Shown piece after piece: positions 49,660-58,452 of a DNA stretch of 64,000 bases. Both the position numbers and the translations under genes were made by a program. The number at the start of each line of letters is the position of its first letter. Within the stretch, counting starts at the first letter, position 1. The notes under the pieces are model-generated. The model was not told where the DNA came from. It did no database searches and saw nothing but the letters and a program-made list of their open reading frames with translations. The DNA is from Bacteroidota bacterium (GTDB taxonomy: Bacteria > Bacteroidota > Bacteroidia > AKYH767-A > 2013-40CM-41-45): NCBI GenBank assembly GCA_049363815.1, contig JBMQEM010000163.1, positions 10,025 to 74,024 on the forward strand, in the 5' to 3' direction.

Positions 49660-49845
49660 ATGAAAGAATACGAAAACATCAAACAACTAGTATCTGCCAT
49701 TGAAGAAGATGTAATCAAATTTTCTGAAAAAGGTAACGCAGCTGCCGGAACACGTGTACGTAAAGGTTTACAAGAAATTAAACGTGCTTGTCAGGATATG
49801 CGTGATGCTATCCAGGACGCTAAGAAAACTGAAGAAAGCAAGTAA
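49660..49845 (+). CDS. Histone H1-like small nucleoid protein
   Basis: 61 aa with KGNAAAGTRVRKGLQEIKRACQDMRDAIQDAKK, the pattern of the Bacteroidota 'histone H1' family as I recall it. Confidence 0.68.
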   Translation: MKEYENIKQLVSAIEEDVIKFSEKGNAAAGTRVRKGLQEIKRACQDMRDAIQDAKKTEESK

Positions 49846-49870
49846 TTGCTTGTTGTTTATCCGAAATTTG

Positions 49871-49904
49871 ACAGCTCTTTCTTATGGAAGGGCTGTTTTT
49901 TTTT
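49871..49904 (+). terminator. Intrinsic terminator after the H1-like gene
   Basis: acagctctttc-ttat-ggaagggctgt (11-bp stem with two G-U pairs) followed by nine T, the first of which closes the stem. Confidence 0.75.
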
Positions 49905-49928
49905 GACCTGGATTTTGACCTGGATTTT
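49905..49928. repeat. Perfect tandem duplication of a 12-mer (GACCTGGATTTT x2)
   Basis: Read directly, immediately after the terminator T-run. Confidence 0.85.
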
Positions 49929-49952
49929 CAGGACAGCTAAAATTCTACTTTG

Positions 49953-49991
49953 TGTGTTAACTGCAGATTTTTTTTAATGCAAGTTAACACA
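49953..49991. other. 13-bp inverted repeat (one bulge) with a T-rich 12-nt loop
   Basis: tgtgttaactgca ... tgcaagttaacaca. No flanking U-tract on either strand. Confidence 0.5.
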
Positions 49992-50071
49992 GACTTTATG
50001 AAAGGAGTATTGGTGAAATTTTCAAACCAATTTGACTGATGGAAATAAATGCCTTTACTTCAAAAGCAAAA

Positions 50072-51916
50072 TTATTCTTTCACCCATTTAAACACTTCAC
50101 TCTTAAAATCCGTCCTTATCACGCAAAAGTAAAATCCACTTGCAAGCTCCTTGATATCGACTTTCTTCACTTCTTCTGATGATTCGATCGTGAGTGTCAG
50201 AAGTTTTCCCTGCATATCGTAAAAAGAAATCTGTCCTGAAGATCTGACGAGGAGGTAATCATCCGATGGAACCGGATAGATAATCACTTTCGCTGAAGAA
50301 TTCTCATCGATATAAGTACATGCATCAATACGTACTAATTGGTTTGCAGAATTCGAACAGCCTGTAGAATTAGTATACCGGTAATCGACAATATGATTTC
50401 CCGGACTAAGTGTTCCCGGATTGATCTGAAAAGCCGGTTGTAAGATTCCATCGATAAATAACCTTCCACCTGGCGGTGAAATATTTACAGGTGTAATTGG
50501 ATCTGAACTGCAAAAAACTGTATCGAGTCCGATGATACTTACTGTAGGCGCCGGAATAAATTCGACATAAGTGGGATCAGAAACCTGAGGTAAACCGGAA
50601 GCGTTGGTCACAGTAACAAAATAATTTCCCGGAGTTGTTATTGTTAGTGCAAATGTATCGGTTCCATAATTTGAGCCATTGAAATTCCATTGATAATGAA
50701 AGCCCGGTCCGGGAGGTGTTTGAAGAACTGCATTGCTGCCACTACAAAACTTTGTTGTATCACTGTCTGAGATCCATGCTATATGATGTGCGGTCGAATC
50801 ATAGATCCGGTAAACCTCCCCACCTGTAAAACTTCCCACTAAAAGGTTTCCCCATTGGTCTTCTCCGAATGAAACCGAACCGGAAGCAAAGCTACTGATG
50901 TAAGTGGTATCACTAAACATATTTCCATTTCGCACGACTCCTCTCAGGGTGGATGAACACCAGTCAGAATAAAAATATCTGCCGAACATGGTGTGATAGG
51001 AAGACCCTCTGTAAACAAATCCTCCTGTCACAGAGCAACCATTACTATGGGAATACTCAACAACAGGATCAACATAAGCACTGCTTGCAGAGCAGTCAGT
51101 CGTGACATAAGGAGCCGTTCCTTCATAACAACGCCAACCATAGTTCTCACCACCATGGCTATTGGCTGGCTGAAAATCGATCTCCTCAGCAGAAACTTGT
51201 CCGACATCTCCTATCCACATATCTCCCGTCATTTTATCAAAACTCCAACGCCATGGATTTCTGAAACCGATTGACCAGATCTCATCCGGAAAAGGTGATG
51301 AAAGAAATGGATTAGTTCCTGGAATCTGATAACCACCGGCAGCTGTATTGCTGACATCGATACGGAGAAACTTTCCAAGAAATAAGGATGTATCCTGTGC
51401 ATGATTTGAAGGGTCACCTTCGCCCCCGCCGTCTCCAAGACCAATGTATAAATAACCATCCTTTCCAAAAGCCATATCACCACCGTAATGGCTTCCGACC
51501 GGTTGAGGAATGGTGATGATAAGTTGTTCGCTTAAGGTATCTGCAATCTGGGGATCTGCTGAAACTTTAAATCGGGAGATCCGGGAGTCTGTTCCGCCTA
51601 GCGGAACATAATAGACATAAAAATATCCGGATTGTAAATAGTCGTCCGCAAATACCACACTAAGCAATCCTTTCTCCAGTCCAGTGGCATTCACTCTCAT
51701 TGTAAGATCCAGAAAAGGAACAGGGTTTTGTGTACCCGAAGAATCAAGGATAACGATCTGTCCGGGTTTAAGAACAACAAAAATTCTGTCATCACCGCAG
51801 GAAGCAATATCAGACAATCCATTTAGTCCGGTTGCAATCAGGCCATACGTGATCTGTGAATTTGTAGTGTGCACCATGCAGAAAAGCATGAATACAGAGA
51901 ATAGAAGTTTTTTCAT
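50072..51916 (-). CDS. PQQ-dependent sugar (glucose/sorbosone) dehydrogenase-like beta-propeller with Ig-like region and T9SS CTD
   Basis: Signal peptide; GSHYGGDMAFGKDGYLYIGLGDGGGEGDP, IWSIGFRNPWRWSFD and GGENYGWRCYEG motifs; C-terminal IYPVPSDDYLLV...SGFYFCVI. Confidence 0.75.
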   Translation of the reverse strand: MKKLLFSVFMLFCMVHTTNSQITYGLIATGLNGLSDIASCGDDRIFVVLKPGQIVILDSSGTQNPVPFLDLTMRVNATGLEKGLLSVVFADDYLQSGYFYVYYVPLGGTDSRISRFKVSADPQIADTLSEQLIITIPQPVGSHYGGDMAFGKDGYLYIGLGDGGGEGDPSNHAQDTSLFLGKFLRIDVSNTAAGGYQIPGTNPFLSSPFPDEIWSIGFRNPWRWSFDKMTGDMWIGDVGQVSAEEIDFQPANSHGGENYGWRCYEGTAPYVTTDCSASSAYVDPVVEYSHSNGCSVTGGFVYRGSSYHTMFGRYFYSDWCSSTLRGVVRNGNMFSDTTYISSFASGSVSFGEDQWGNLLVGSFTGGEVYRIYDSTAHHIAWISDSDTTKFCSGSNAVLQTPPGPGFHYQWNFNGSNYGTDTFALTITTPGNYFVTVTNASGLPQVSDPTYVEFIPAPTVSIIGLDTVFCSSDPITPVNISPPGGRLFIDGILQPAFQINPGTLSPGNHIVDYRYTNSTGCSNSANQLVRIDACTYIDENSSAKVIIYPVPSDDYLLVRSSGQISFYDMQGKLLTLTIESSEEVKKVDIKELASGFYFCVIRTDFKSEVFKWVKE

Positions 51917-52106
51917 TGGTGTCAGTTTAGGGTGCCTGAATCAAGAATAGTATTCGCAAGGTATTTAAATAACTGAAAAAGGGAAATAATTTTTGCCACA
52001 TTATGGTGCAGGCTTTTTGAGTCAACTATCAAAGTTGATCAGTTAAATACCAGACAGATGATTTACCCACTTTTTTCAATGGCCTGGAATTTTAAATACA
52101 TTTTGT

Positions 52107-52310
52107 ATGAAAACAAATGATGCAACAAATTACTACATCACCCAGGAAATGATTGTCCGGGCAGAATTAAATCATTATTGGGACCATATCAAAGAAAATG
52201 GTAAAAACACCCTTGAAGCAGGAGGAAAAGTTATTGTCGGGGTGACGGATTTTGTAAAATCAATCGATTTTGACAATTGGCTGGCTAAGGCAAAAGAGAA
52301 AGGAAAATAA
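52107..52310 (+). CDS. Hypothetical small protein (67 aa)
   Basis: ORF only, with no recognisable motif. It sits in the accessory-looking stretch beside the tRNA. Confidence 0.3.
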   Translation: MKTNDATNYYITQEMIVRAELNHYWDHIKENGKNTLEAGGKVIVGVTDFVKSIDFDNWLAKAKEKGK

Positions 52311-52344
52311 ATTTTTTGAAGATTTTATTTGGAATACAAAAAAC

Positions 52345-52365
52345 AATGACTATATTATAGTCATT
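52345..52365. promoter_or_regulatory. Perfect 10-1-10 palindrome, operator-like
   Basis: AATGACTATA-T-TATAGTCATT, 13 nt upstream of the ATG at 52379. Confidence 0.35.
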
Positions 52366-52378
52366 CAAATTGATTGTT

Positions 52379-52657
52379 ATGCAAACATTAAACGTAAGTG
52401 TACTTTTAGACACATCGCTGAGCTACGGTTATAGCAAGGAAGCCTTCATGGTAGCAGATGAACTGGATAAAGTAAAAATCTCCAAAGGAGATAGCTGGTT
52501 CATAGTAGAAAATGATCCCAAAACAAAACGCGCGCGGGCATCACGCAAAGCAATTGCATTTGCAGAAAGTACATTTGAGACCTTTGCCGGAGCGAGTGTT
52601 TGTTTGAAGCAGTTTATGAATTGGCTGCAAGAGCTGCGGGAAATGGAACAGCAATAA
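52379..52657 (+). CDS. Hypothetical small protein (start uncertain; 52379 or 52448)
   Basis: ORF with a palindrome upstream and a terminator hairpin downstream. No recognisable domain. Confidence 0.35.
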   Translation: MQTLNVSVLLDTSLSYGYSKEAFMVADELDKVKISKGDSWFIVENDPKTKRARASRKAIAFAESTFETFAGASVCLKQFMNWLQELREMEQQ

Positions 52658-52662
52658 AAAAA

Positions 52663-52693
52663 GAAGAGGAAAGCCATATTGAATTTCCTCTTC
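52663..52693. terminator. Hairpin between convergent genes
   Basis: gaagaggaaa / tttcctcttc 10-bp stem with an 11-nt loop. There is an A-run on the left flank. Confidence 0.55.
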
Positions 52694-52700
52694 CTTGTAT

Positions 52701-53672
52701 TTAGTTTTTCTTTATCGCACTTTGTACCTCTTCAATATCATCTGACTTAAAGTTATATGATACTGGCTTATAACGAGTGTACAACATTTCACCTGTTACT
52801 GAATTAATTACTGAAACAAACTTATCAGTACTGCTCTTGATATAAACTAAGTAATAAAAAGGATTTTTTTCTGTTAAGATTTTTTCGTTCAATTCCTCAA
52901 TTGATAAGAGCTGGTATTTGTATGTGTATTTTTTAAATATATCTGACTCGTCAAATCTTTTAGACTCATCACCTGAAAATTTTCCAAATTTTATCAAAAC
53001 ATTATCAGGCACAAATAATGTTGCATTGCGTAAATTTTTAAGTTCTTTGGACTTATCGATATTATCATACAATTTCCTTTCAACATTATTGTTAATAAAA
53101 CTCATGATACACTGTACATAATTTTTTAAAATTCCCGGTCCCCAGTTTCTGATATGTCCAGCTCCATCAATATCACTATTGAAAATATTTGAAGGTTCCA
53201 TTAATGTCTGAAAATCAGTATAAAGTTCTATTCTTGCTATTTGTTTATGTTCACCTTCAACAATACTTTTCCTTCCTTTCTTGTCAACCTTTTCTGTGCT
53301 TTTTCCGGCTTTATAATATTCCAGATAAACATGGGTATTTGAATAATCCATATTCGATGGAGCTCCACTTTTACTCCAGGTGGTGGTGTAAGTAATTCCT
53401 CCAATGGAAATAAAGTAATTTTCAGATGATGTATATTTATTTTTATCGGAGTATTTTATAAACTCCAGTTTGCCGATGGTCCATGCTTCTTCCAAAGCTT
53501 TAATGTAAGGTTTGGCCGATTCTGCACTTGGATCTTTCAGCATAAAATAAGTAATCGTTGTTTTATCTTTTGGAACAAGATCAAGATTTCCGATTGCTAT
53601 CTGCCCGGAAATATTTTTATTCAAAAAGGTTAAGACAATAATGGTAGCAAATAACTTTAGTTTCATTTTCAT
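52701..53672 (-). CDS. Hypothetical exported protein, AT-rich orphan
   Basis: Start set at MKMKLKLFATIIVLTFLNKNISGQ (signal-like). 323 aa with no motif I recognise. Visibly lower G+C than its neighbours. Confidence 0.55.
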   Translation of the reverse strand: MKMKLKLFATIIVLTFLNKNISGQIAIGNLDLVPKDKTTITYFMLKDPSAESAKPYIKALEEAWTIGKLEFIKYSDKNKYTSSENYFISIGGITYTTTWSKSGAPSNMDYSNTHVYLEYYKAGKSTEKVDKKGRKSIVEGEHKQIARIELYTDFQTLMEPSNIFNSDIDGAGHIRNWGPGILKNYVQCIMSFINNNVERKLYDNIDKSKELKNLRNATLFVPDNVLIKFGKFSGDESKRFDESDIFKKYTYKYQLLSIEELNEKILTEKNPFYYLVYIKSSTDKFVSVINSVTGEMLYTRYKPVSYNFKSDDIEEVQSAIKKN

Positions 53673-53781
53673 AGTTCTTAAGATTTTTAACAATAATAGA
53701 AAATATAAGTCATCTTCAATCTTTTCAAAAGAAATTTGCATAACACAAACAATTTCGGATATTTGCAGCCCCTAAAAAAAT

Positions 53782-53855
53782 GGCGAGGTAGCTCAGATGG
53801 TTAGAGCGCAGGATTCATAACCCTGAGGTCGGGGGTTCGACTCCCCCTTTCGCTA
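53782..53855 (+). tRNA. tRNA with CAT anticodon (elongator Met, or Ile2 if lysidine-modified)
   Basis: 74-nt cloverleaf: GGCGAGG-TA-GCTC-AGATGGTTA-GAGC-G-CAGGA-TTCATAA-CCCTG-AGGTC-GGGGG-TTCGACT-CCCCC-TTTCGCT-A. No encoded CCA. It lacks initiator features (no C1xA72 mismatch, no three consecutive G-C pairs in the anticodon stem). Confidence 0.85.
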
Positions 53856-53858
53856 CTA

Positions 53859-53895
53859 ATCCCTTGATTTGTATCCATTTCAGGGGATTTTTTTT
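53859..53895 (+). terminator. Intrinsic terminator after the tRNA
   Basis: atcccttga / tcaggggat stem (one G-U pair), 12-nt loop, then eight T, the first of which closes the stem. Confidence 0.7.
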
Positions 53896-53914
53896 GAACG
53901 CTTCTTTTTGTGAA

Positions 53915-54658
53915 TTAGCTTCTTCCCTCTTCTTTCAACACGCTCGTATAATGCTTTAACGAGCGGAGAATGATGGTAATAACTGTTGTGATGATCAACA
54001 TGATACATAAATTTTTTCCAACTCCTATGGTGTGCCACTTTTTATAACCGATCAAAAGATCAACAAATACGAAGCCTATTACTGTTGCCAAAACGCCTGA
54101 ATACTCTCTTCTCAAAACACTTTTCATCGAAAAAGGGATTGAACTTTTCTGAAAAGAGCTGAACCTTGGAATGAATGCCGGAACCCCTTTTGCCCAGTCA
54201 AGGTACGACTGCCCGAATTTGCGCTCAAGGAATCGCTCTTCAGCAAACATGATTCGCTCGTAATACAACCAGTACATCAGACTTACTATGACAGTGAACT
54301 CGATATTTTTGGTGAACAGAACTATTCCTATCCACATCAGGTAATTTCCCAAATATAATGGATGTCTCACCGTTGAATAGATACCACTATGGTTGAGCTG
54401 TTCAGCGACCTGCTCCTCTGTATTGCGACCGGAAGTGCCTCTGGGGGTCGTACCGATCGTATAACTCCTGACACAGAAACCGAGAATAGAAAGAATATAA
54501 GCCGAATAATTGAAGGCTTTTATCTGAACCGGAGTGAGGTCATCGTATGAAGTTGTAAAAACAGCGGGAATTGCCAGTATAAATAGGATCAACGGAAGTT
54601 GTCCCCTGTGCTTAAACAGCCAATTTCCTTCTTTTTCCAGTGAATGCAGTAGTGCCAT
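53915..54658 (-). CDS. Isoprenylcysteine carboxyl methyltransferase (ICMT)/PEMT-like membrane methyltransferase
   Basis: 247 aa, multi-TM, with SGIYSTVRHPLYLGNYLMWIG and EERFLERKFG, as in the ICMT family. Confidence 0.7.
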   Translation of the reverse strand: MALLHSLEKEGNWLFKHRGQLPLILFILAIPAVFTTSYDDLTPVQIKAFNYSAYILSILGFCVRSYTIGTTPRGTSGRNTEEQVAEQLNHSGIYSTVRHPLYLGNYLMWIGIVLFTKNIEFTVIVSLMYWLYYERIMFAEERFLERKFGQSYLDWAKGVPAFIPRFSSFQKSSIPFSMKSVLRREYSGVLATVIGFVFVDLLIGYKKWHTIGVGKNLCIMLIITTVITIILRSLKHYTSVLKEEGRS

Positions 54659-54760
54659 AGTCGTTGCGAAGGTATTATCATTTTTGAGGTTTTCAATAAA
54701 AAAATGACTATCTTCGCTTCCCCTGAAAATCAGGAAGTCATTAATTTTAAGTAATATAAC

Positions 54761-55165
54761 GTGAAGCAGGAAATCAAAACGAAGAAAAAAGTCAAATTTT
54801 CACTGGAATTCGAAATCAAATCGTCTACAAAAATATTATTCAACTATCTAAGTAATGCAAGTAGTCTGGAAGAGTGGTTTGCCGACAAAGTAACTATCCG
54901 TGAAGGTGATTACGTTTTTCATTGGGAAGGTTCTGAACAACGTGCACAGATCGTTGCGAAAAAAGATAATCAGATGATCCGTTACAAATGGGTCACTGAT
55001 GAAAAAAAAGATGACACCTATTTTCAGTTTGAAATAATTCAGGATGAGATCACTTCCGATATCGCTTTAGTCGTTACAGATTTTGCAGAGGAAGATGAGA
55101 AAGAAGAAAACGAACTTTTATGGAATAGTCAGATCCATACACTGATGCATATTCTGGGTTGTTAA
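54761..55165 (+). CDS. START-like / SRPBCC (AHSA1-type) domain protein
   Basis: 134 aa, GTG start. FEIKSSTKILFNYLSNASSLEEWFADKV resembles the Bacteroidota START-like family. Recalled, not searched. Confidence 0.55.
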   Translation: MKQEIKTKKKVKFSLEFEIKSSTKILFNYLSNASSLEEWFADKVTIREGDYVFHWEGSEQRAQIVAKKDNQMIRYKWVTDEKKDDTYFQFEIIQDEITSDIALVVTDFAEEDEKEENELLWNSQIHTLMHILGC

Positions 55166-55773
55166 TCTTTTAACATTCCAAGAAATAATTCAAGCGTCTC
55201 CTTCCCTACCGGAATGACTCTTTTGTATTCTGAGATCGGAAGTCTCCTCGACAATTTTACAAAATCTTTAGTGTGTAAGATTTGAAAAGCACGATCAAAA
55301 TTCATGCTTGTATCTAAACGAAGATAATTGTCTTCTCCCAGATGGTATTGCCAGGGACTGTCATTCACACAAAAGTAAATATCACTTCCTTTCAAGCGAT
55401 TAAAATTACGGATCAAAACTGGTTTGAATTGTTCCCAGGCATTTCCCTGAATATGCAAGGTAAAAGTAAATTCATTTCCCCACCAGAACATAGTACGAAA
55501 TGCGAAAACAGATTGCTTATTGAACATCCGTGGACAATCGAGCAGAACATAAGGGAATAATTTATAATTCTCTCCACGGAAGATCTTTCCGGAAGAAGTA
55601 TTTAAGCCTTCGACCTGCAGATCAGCATTGTAAAAAACTGATCTCATTTCCACTTCCAGCTCTCCGAAAAGCTCTACCATTTTTGCTGTTGAGGAGTGTT
55701 TTAATTCGAAGAATTTCCGGTCCACTAAAACCTGCATTTCCTCGTTACTAAAGTTCAAAATATTATCTTGCAT
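55162..55773 (-). CDS. Hypothetical cytoplasmic protein (203 aa)
   Basis: Long ORF with good coding appearance and its own -7 box. No domain recognised. Confidence 0.5.
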   Translation of the reverse strand: MQDNILNFSNEEMQVLVDRKFFELKHSSTAKMVELFGELEVEMRSVFYNADLQVEGLNTSSGKIFRGENYKLFPYVLLDCPRMFNKQSVFAFRTMFWWGNEFTFTLHIQGNAWEQFKPVLIRNFNRLKGSDIYFCVNDSPWQYHLGEDNYLRLDTSMNFDRAFQILHTKDFVKLSRRLPISEYKRVIPVGKETLELFLGMLKD

Positions 55774-55790
55774 CCGCTTTAACTGAGCTA

Positions 55791-55798
55791 CAAATATA
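55791..55798 (-). promoter_or_regulatory. Candidate -7 box (TATATTTG) for the 203-aa gene
   Basis: The minus strand reads TATATTTG, 17 nt upstream of the ATG at 55773 and only 3 nt from the GTG of the divergent lptF/G-like gene. Confidence 0.4.
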
Positions 55799-55800
55799 AC

Positions 55801-57219
55801 GTGAAGAAATTAACTCTGCTTGTTTTAAGATCATTTGCCGGCCCGATGCTGGTGACTTTCCTGATCTCTTTGTTTGTGCTTCTGATGCAATTTTTGTGGA
55901 AATACATTGATGATCTTGCCGGAAAAGGTCTGGAATGGTATATTATCGTAAAGCTTATGGTCTATGTTTCCGTAACACTGGTACCTCTGGCTTTACCTTT
56001 GGCTCTACTTCTTGCATCCATCATGACTTTCGGGAATCTGGCTGAACATTTTGAGTTGACAGCATTCAAATCTGCCGGAGTATCGTTGCAGAGAGTGATG
56101 CGACCACTGATCATTACGGCCTTTCTCATTTGTGGTTCGGCTTTTATTTTCAGCAATTATATACTTCCGATCGCCAACCTTAAAATGAATGCGCTTCTTT
56201 ATGATGTTCGCGAACAAAAGCCTGCTTTGCTTATCCAGGAAGGAATTTTTTATAACGGCATCGACGGATATTCCATTAAGATCGGAAAAAAAACTGAAGA
56301 CGGTCAGGTGTTGAACAACCTGATGATCTATGATCATACCATGAATCAGGGAAACACGAAAGTGATCCTGGCGGAGCGTGGGAAGATGGCTATGTCTGAC
56401 GATGAACGTTATCTCATTGTGAATTTATTCAAAGGATCTTCATACGAAGAAAAGGAAAGCCGGCCCGGGAAAAATTCTTACCCCATGATGCGAACAGAAT
56501 TTGAAGAAGAAACGATAAGGATGGATCTGAGTTCATTTAAAATGACAAGGACCAACGAACAATTGTTTCGTGATAATTATCAGATGTTGAATCTTAAACA
56601 ACTTTCCTTTGCATCAGATTCAATAGAGAAAAAGATCAATGAACGAAAAGACAATTTCTTCAGGGTGATATTACCAACATTAAATATTGATTCTGTCCCT
56701 CCAAAAAATCTCCGGGCAGTCAAATTCACTAAGAAAAATTTCATCGATAATTTTCCGCGAGATAAACGGATCACTATTACAACCAGTGCGCTCTTCGCAG
56801 CACGAAACCTGAAGAGTATGGCAAATGATACATTCAGGGATGTAGATATGAAATCACGGACACTTGCCAGACACAACATTGAATGGCAGCGCAAGTTCAC
56901 GCTTTCGTTTGCCTGTCTGATCCTCTTTTTCATCGGAGCCCCACTTGGTGCTATAATAAAAAAAGGCGGATTGGGAATGCCTATGGTAGTTTCAATAATA
57001 TTCTTTGTCATATTTCATATTCTATCCATAACCGGTGAAAAATTTGCTCGTGAAGAAGTACTGAAACCCTTTGAAGGTATGTGGCTTTCAAGTCTGATCC
57101 TTTTACCGATCGGATTGTTCCTGATCTTTAAAGCTACTACTGATTCAGCATTATTCGACAGTGATGCTTACAAGAAATTTTTCAGGAGGTTCATTGGAAT
57201 TAAAAAACAAAACACGTGA
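55801..57219 (+). CDS. LptF/LptG family permease (YjgP/YjgQ)
   Basis: 472 aa, GTG start. The N-terminus VKKLTLLVLRSFAGPMLVTF matches the family's KLDRYI..F.GPF pattern. It has 3+3 TM segments and a large periplasmic loop. Confidence 0.8.
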   Translation: MKKLTLLVLRSFAGPMLVTFLISLFVLLMQFLWKYIDDLAGKGLEWYIIVKLMVYVSVTLVPLALPLALLLASIMTFGNLAEHFELTAFKSAGVSLQRVMRPLIITAFLICGSAFIFSNYILPIANLKMNALLYDVREQKPALLIQEGIFYNGIDGYSIKIGKKTEDGQVLNNLMIYDHTMNQGNTKVILAERGKMAMSDDERYLIVNLFKGSSYEEKESRPGKNSYPMMRTEFEEETIRMDLSSFKMTRTNEQLFRDNYQMLNLKQLSFASDSIEKKINERKDNFFRVILPTLNIDSVPPKNLRAVKFTKKNFIDNFPRDKRITITTSALFAARNLKSMANDTFRDVDMKSRTLARHNIEWQRKFTLSFACLILFFIGAPLGAIIKKGGLGMPMVVSIIFFVIFHILSITGEKFAREEVLKPFEGMWLSSLILLPIGLFLIFKATTDSALFDSDAYKKFFRRFIGIKKQNT

Positions 57220-58412
57220 AGATTCTTCAGATCTGCCATAGAGTGCCATTTCCAGCAGTTGATGGAGGAAACATTGCAATGATGAACATGGCTTTATCAT
57301 TGGTTAAATCAGGGAACGAAGTTTATCAGTTCAGCCTGAATACATCACGGCATTATATCGACATGAAAGTCATTCCAACCGAACTGAAAGATCAGTTGCA
57401 CATGACTTCATCCTATATTGATACTAAGATCAAGGCTGTAGATGCAATGCTGAATTTATTTTCGCATCATTCCTATAATATGGTGCGGTTTTTCTCAATG
57501 CATGTTGCAAATGATCTTTCCAAATTACTGGAGAAAAATAAATTTGATATCATTCAATTGGAGACTCTTTACTGCACTCCTTACATTGAAACGATCCGCA
57601 AATATTCAAAAGCAAAAATTGTGCTTCGTTCACATAATGTGGAACATATTATCTGGGAACGTCTTGCAACGTCAGAAAAGAATTTCCTGAAAAAGAAATA
57701 CCTGAATTTACTTGCGCGCCGTTTGAAAGAATACGAATTGAAAACTCTTTCTGAAGTTGATGGAATCATTCCGATCACTACTGTTGATGAAACAATTATA
57801 AAATCACTTGGATTCAAGGGGGCCATTCAATCCGTTCCACTGGGAATTGAAGTTGATGATTATGTAAGAAGTTCCCCTGAGAAAAGTGAAATGGTACTTT
57901 ATCATCTGGGTTCAATGGACTGGCTTCCGAACCTTGAAGGAGTTGAATGGTTTATGAAAGAATGCTGGCCAATGGTTCGGTCTTCGAGTCCGGATGCTAA
58001 ATTATTTCTGGCCGGTCGCGATTTTCCGCAGACCATCATTGATGCAAATTATCCGGCTGTTGTTTGCGACGGACTGGTCGCTGATGCAGGTGCGTATACC
58101 ATGAATAAACAAATCATGATAGTTCCTTTGTTAAGCGGCAGTGGGATGCGGGTAAAAATAATTCAGGGGCTTGCAGCCGGTAAAACAATCATCTCTACTT
58201 CTATCGGTGCTGAAGGGATTGATGTAGAACATGAAAAAAATATTCTCATTGCAGATACTCCTCCTGAATTTGCAGCAATAATTAAAAGATGTCTGGAAAA
58301 TGAAAACTGGTGCAGGCAGATCGGTGAAAATGGAAGAAAGCTGGCTATTGAAAAGTATTCTTTAAAAAGTACCGGGGAAATGGTGGGTAAGTTTTATAAA
58401 AAAGTTATTTGA
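57216..58412 (+). CDS. Glycosyltransferase family 4 (GT-B)
   Basis: 398 aa, GTG start in a GTGA overlap. N-terminal KILQICHRVPFPAVDGG and C-terminal GSGMRVKIIQGLAAGKTIISTSIGAEG (EX7E-region-like). Confidence 0.82.
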   Translation: MKILQICHRVPFPAVDGGNIAMMNMALSLVKSGNEVYQFSLNTSRHYIDMKVIPTELKDQLHMTSSYIDTKIKAVDAMLNLFSHHSYNMVRFFSMHVANDLSKLLEKNKFDIIQLETLYCTPYIETIRKYSKAKIVLRSHNVEHIIWERLATSEKNFLKKKYLNLLARRLKEYELKTLSEVDGIIPITTVDETIIKSLGFKGAIQSVPLGIEVDDYVRSSPEKSEMVLYHLGSMDWLPNLEGVEWFMKECWPMVRSSSPDAKLFLAGRDFPQTIIDANYPAVVCDGLVADAGAYTMNKQIMIVPLLSGSGMRVKIIQGLAAGKTIISTSIGAEGIDVEHEKNILIADTPPEFAAIIKRCLENENWCRQIGENGRKLAIEKYSLKSTGEMVGKFYKKVI

Positions 58413-58452
58413 AAGTATATTTGTAAAGGGGTTGTTTGAAGGAATATAATGA

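Noticed and set aside
53672-53915. A genomic island or integrative element at the tRNA gene.
   Set aside because: No integrase, excisionase, transposase or duplicated tRNA 3' end is visible within the window. Only the compositional oddity of one neighbouring gene remains, and that is reported as a finding.
54761-58412. Three consecutive plus-strand genes (START-like, lptF/G-like, GT4) all called with GTG starts.
   Set aside because: The GTG starts fit the family N-termini (VKKLTLLVL.., VKILQICH..) and the 4-nt GTGA overlap. This is probably a real but unremarkable feature of start-codon usage.
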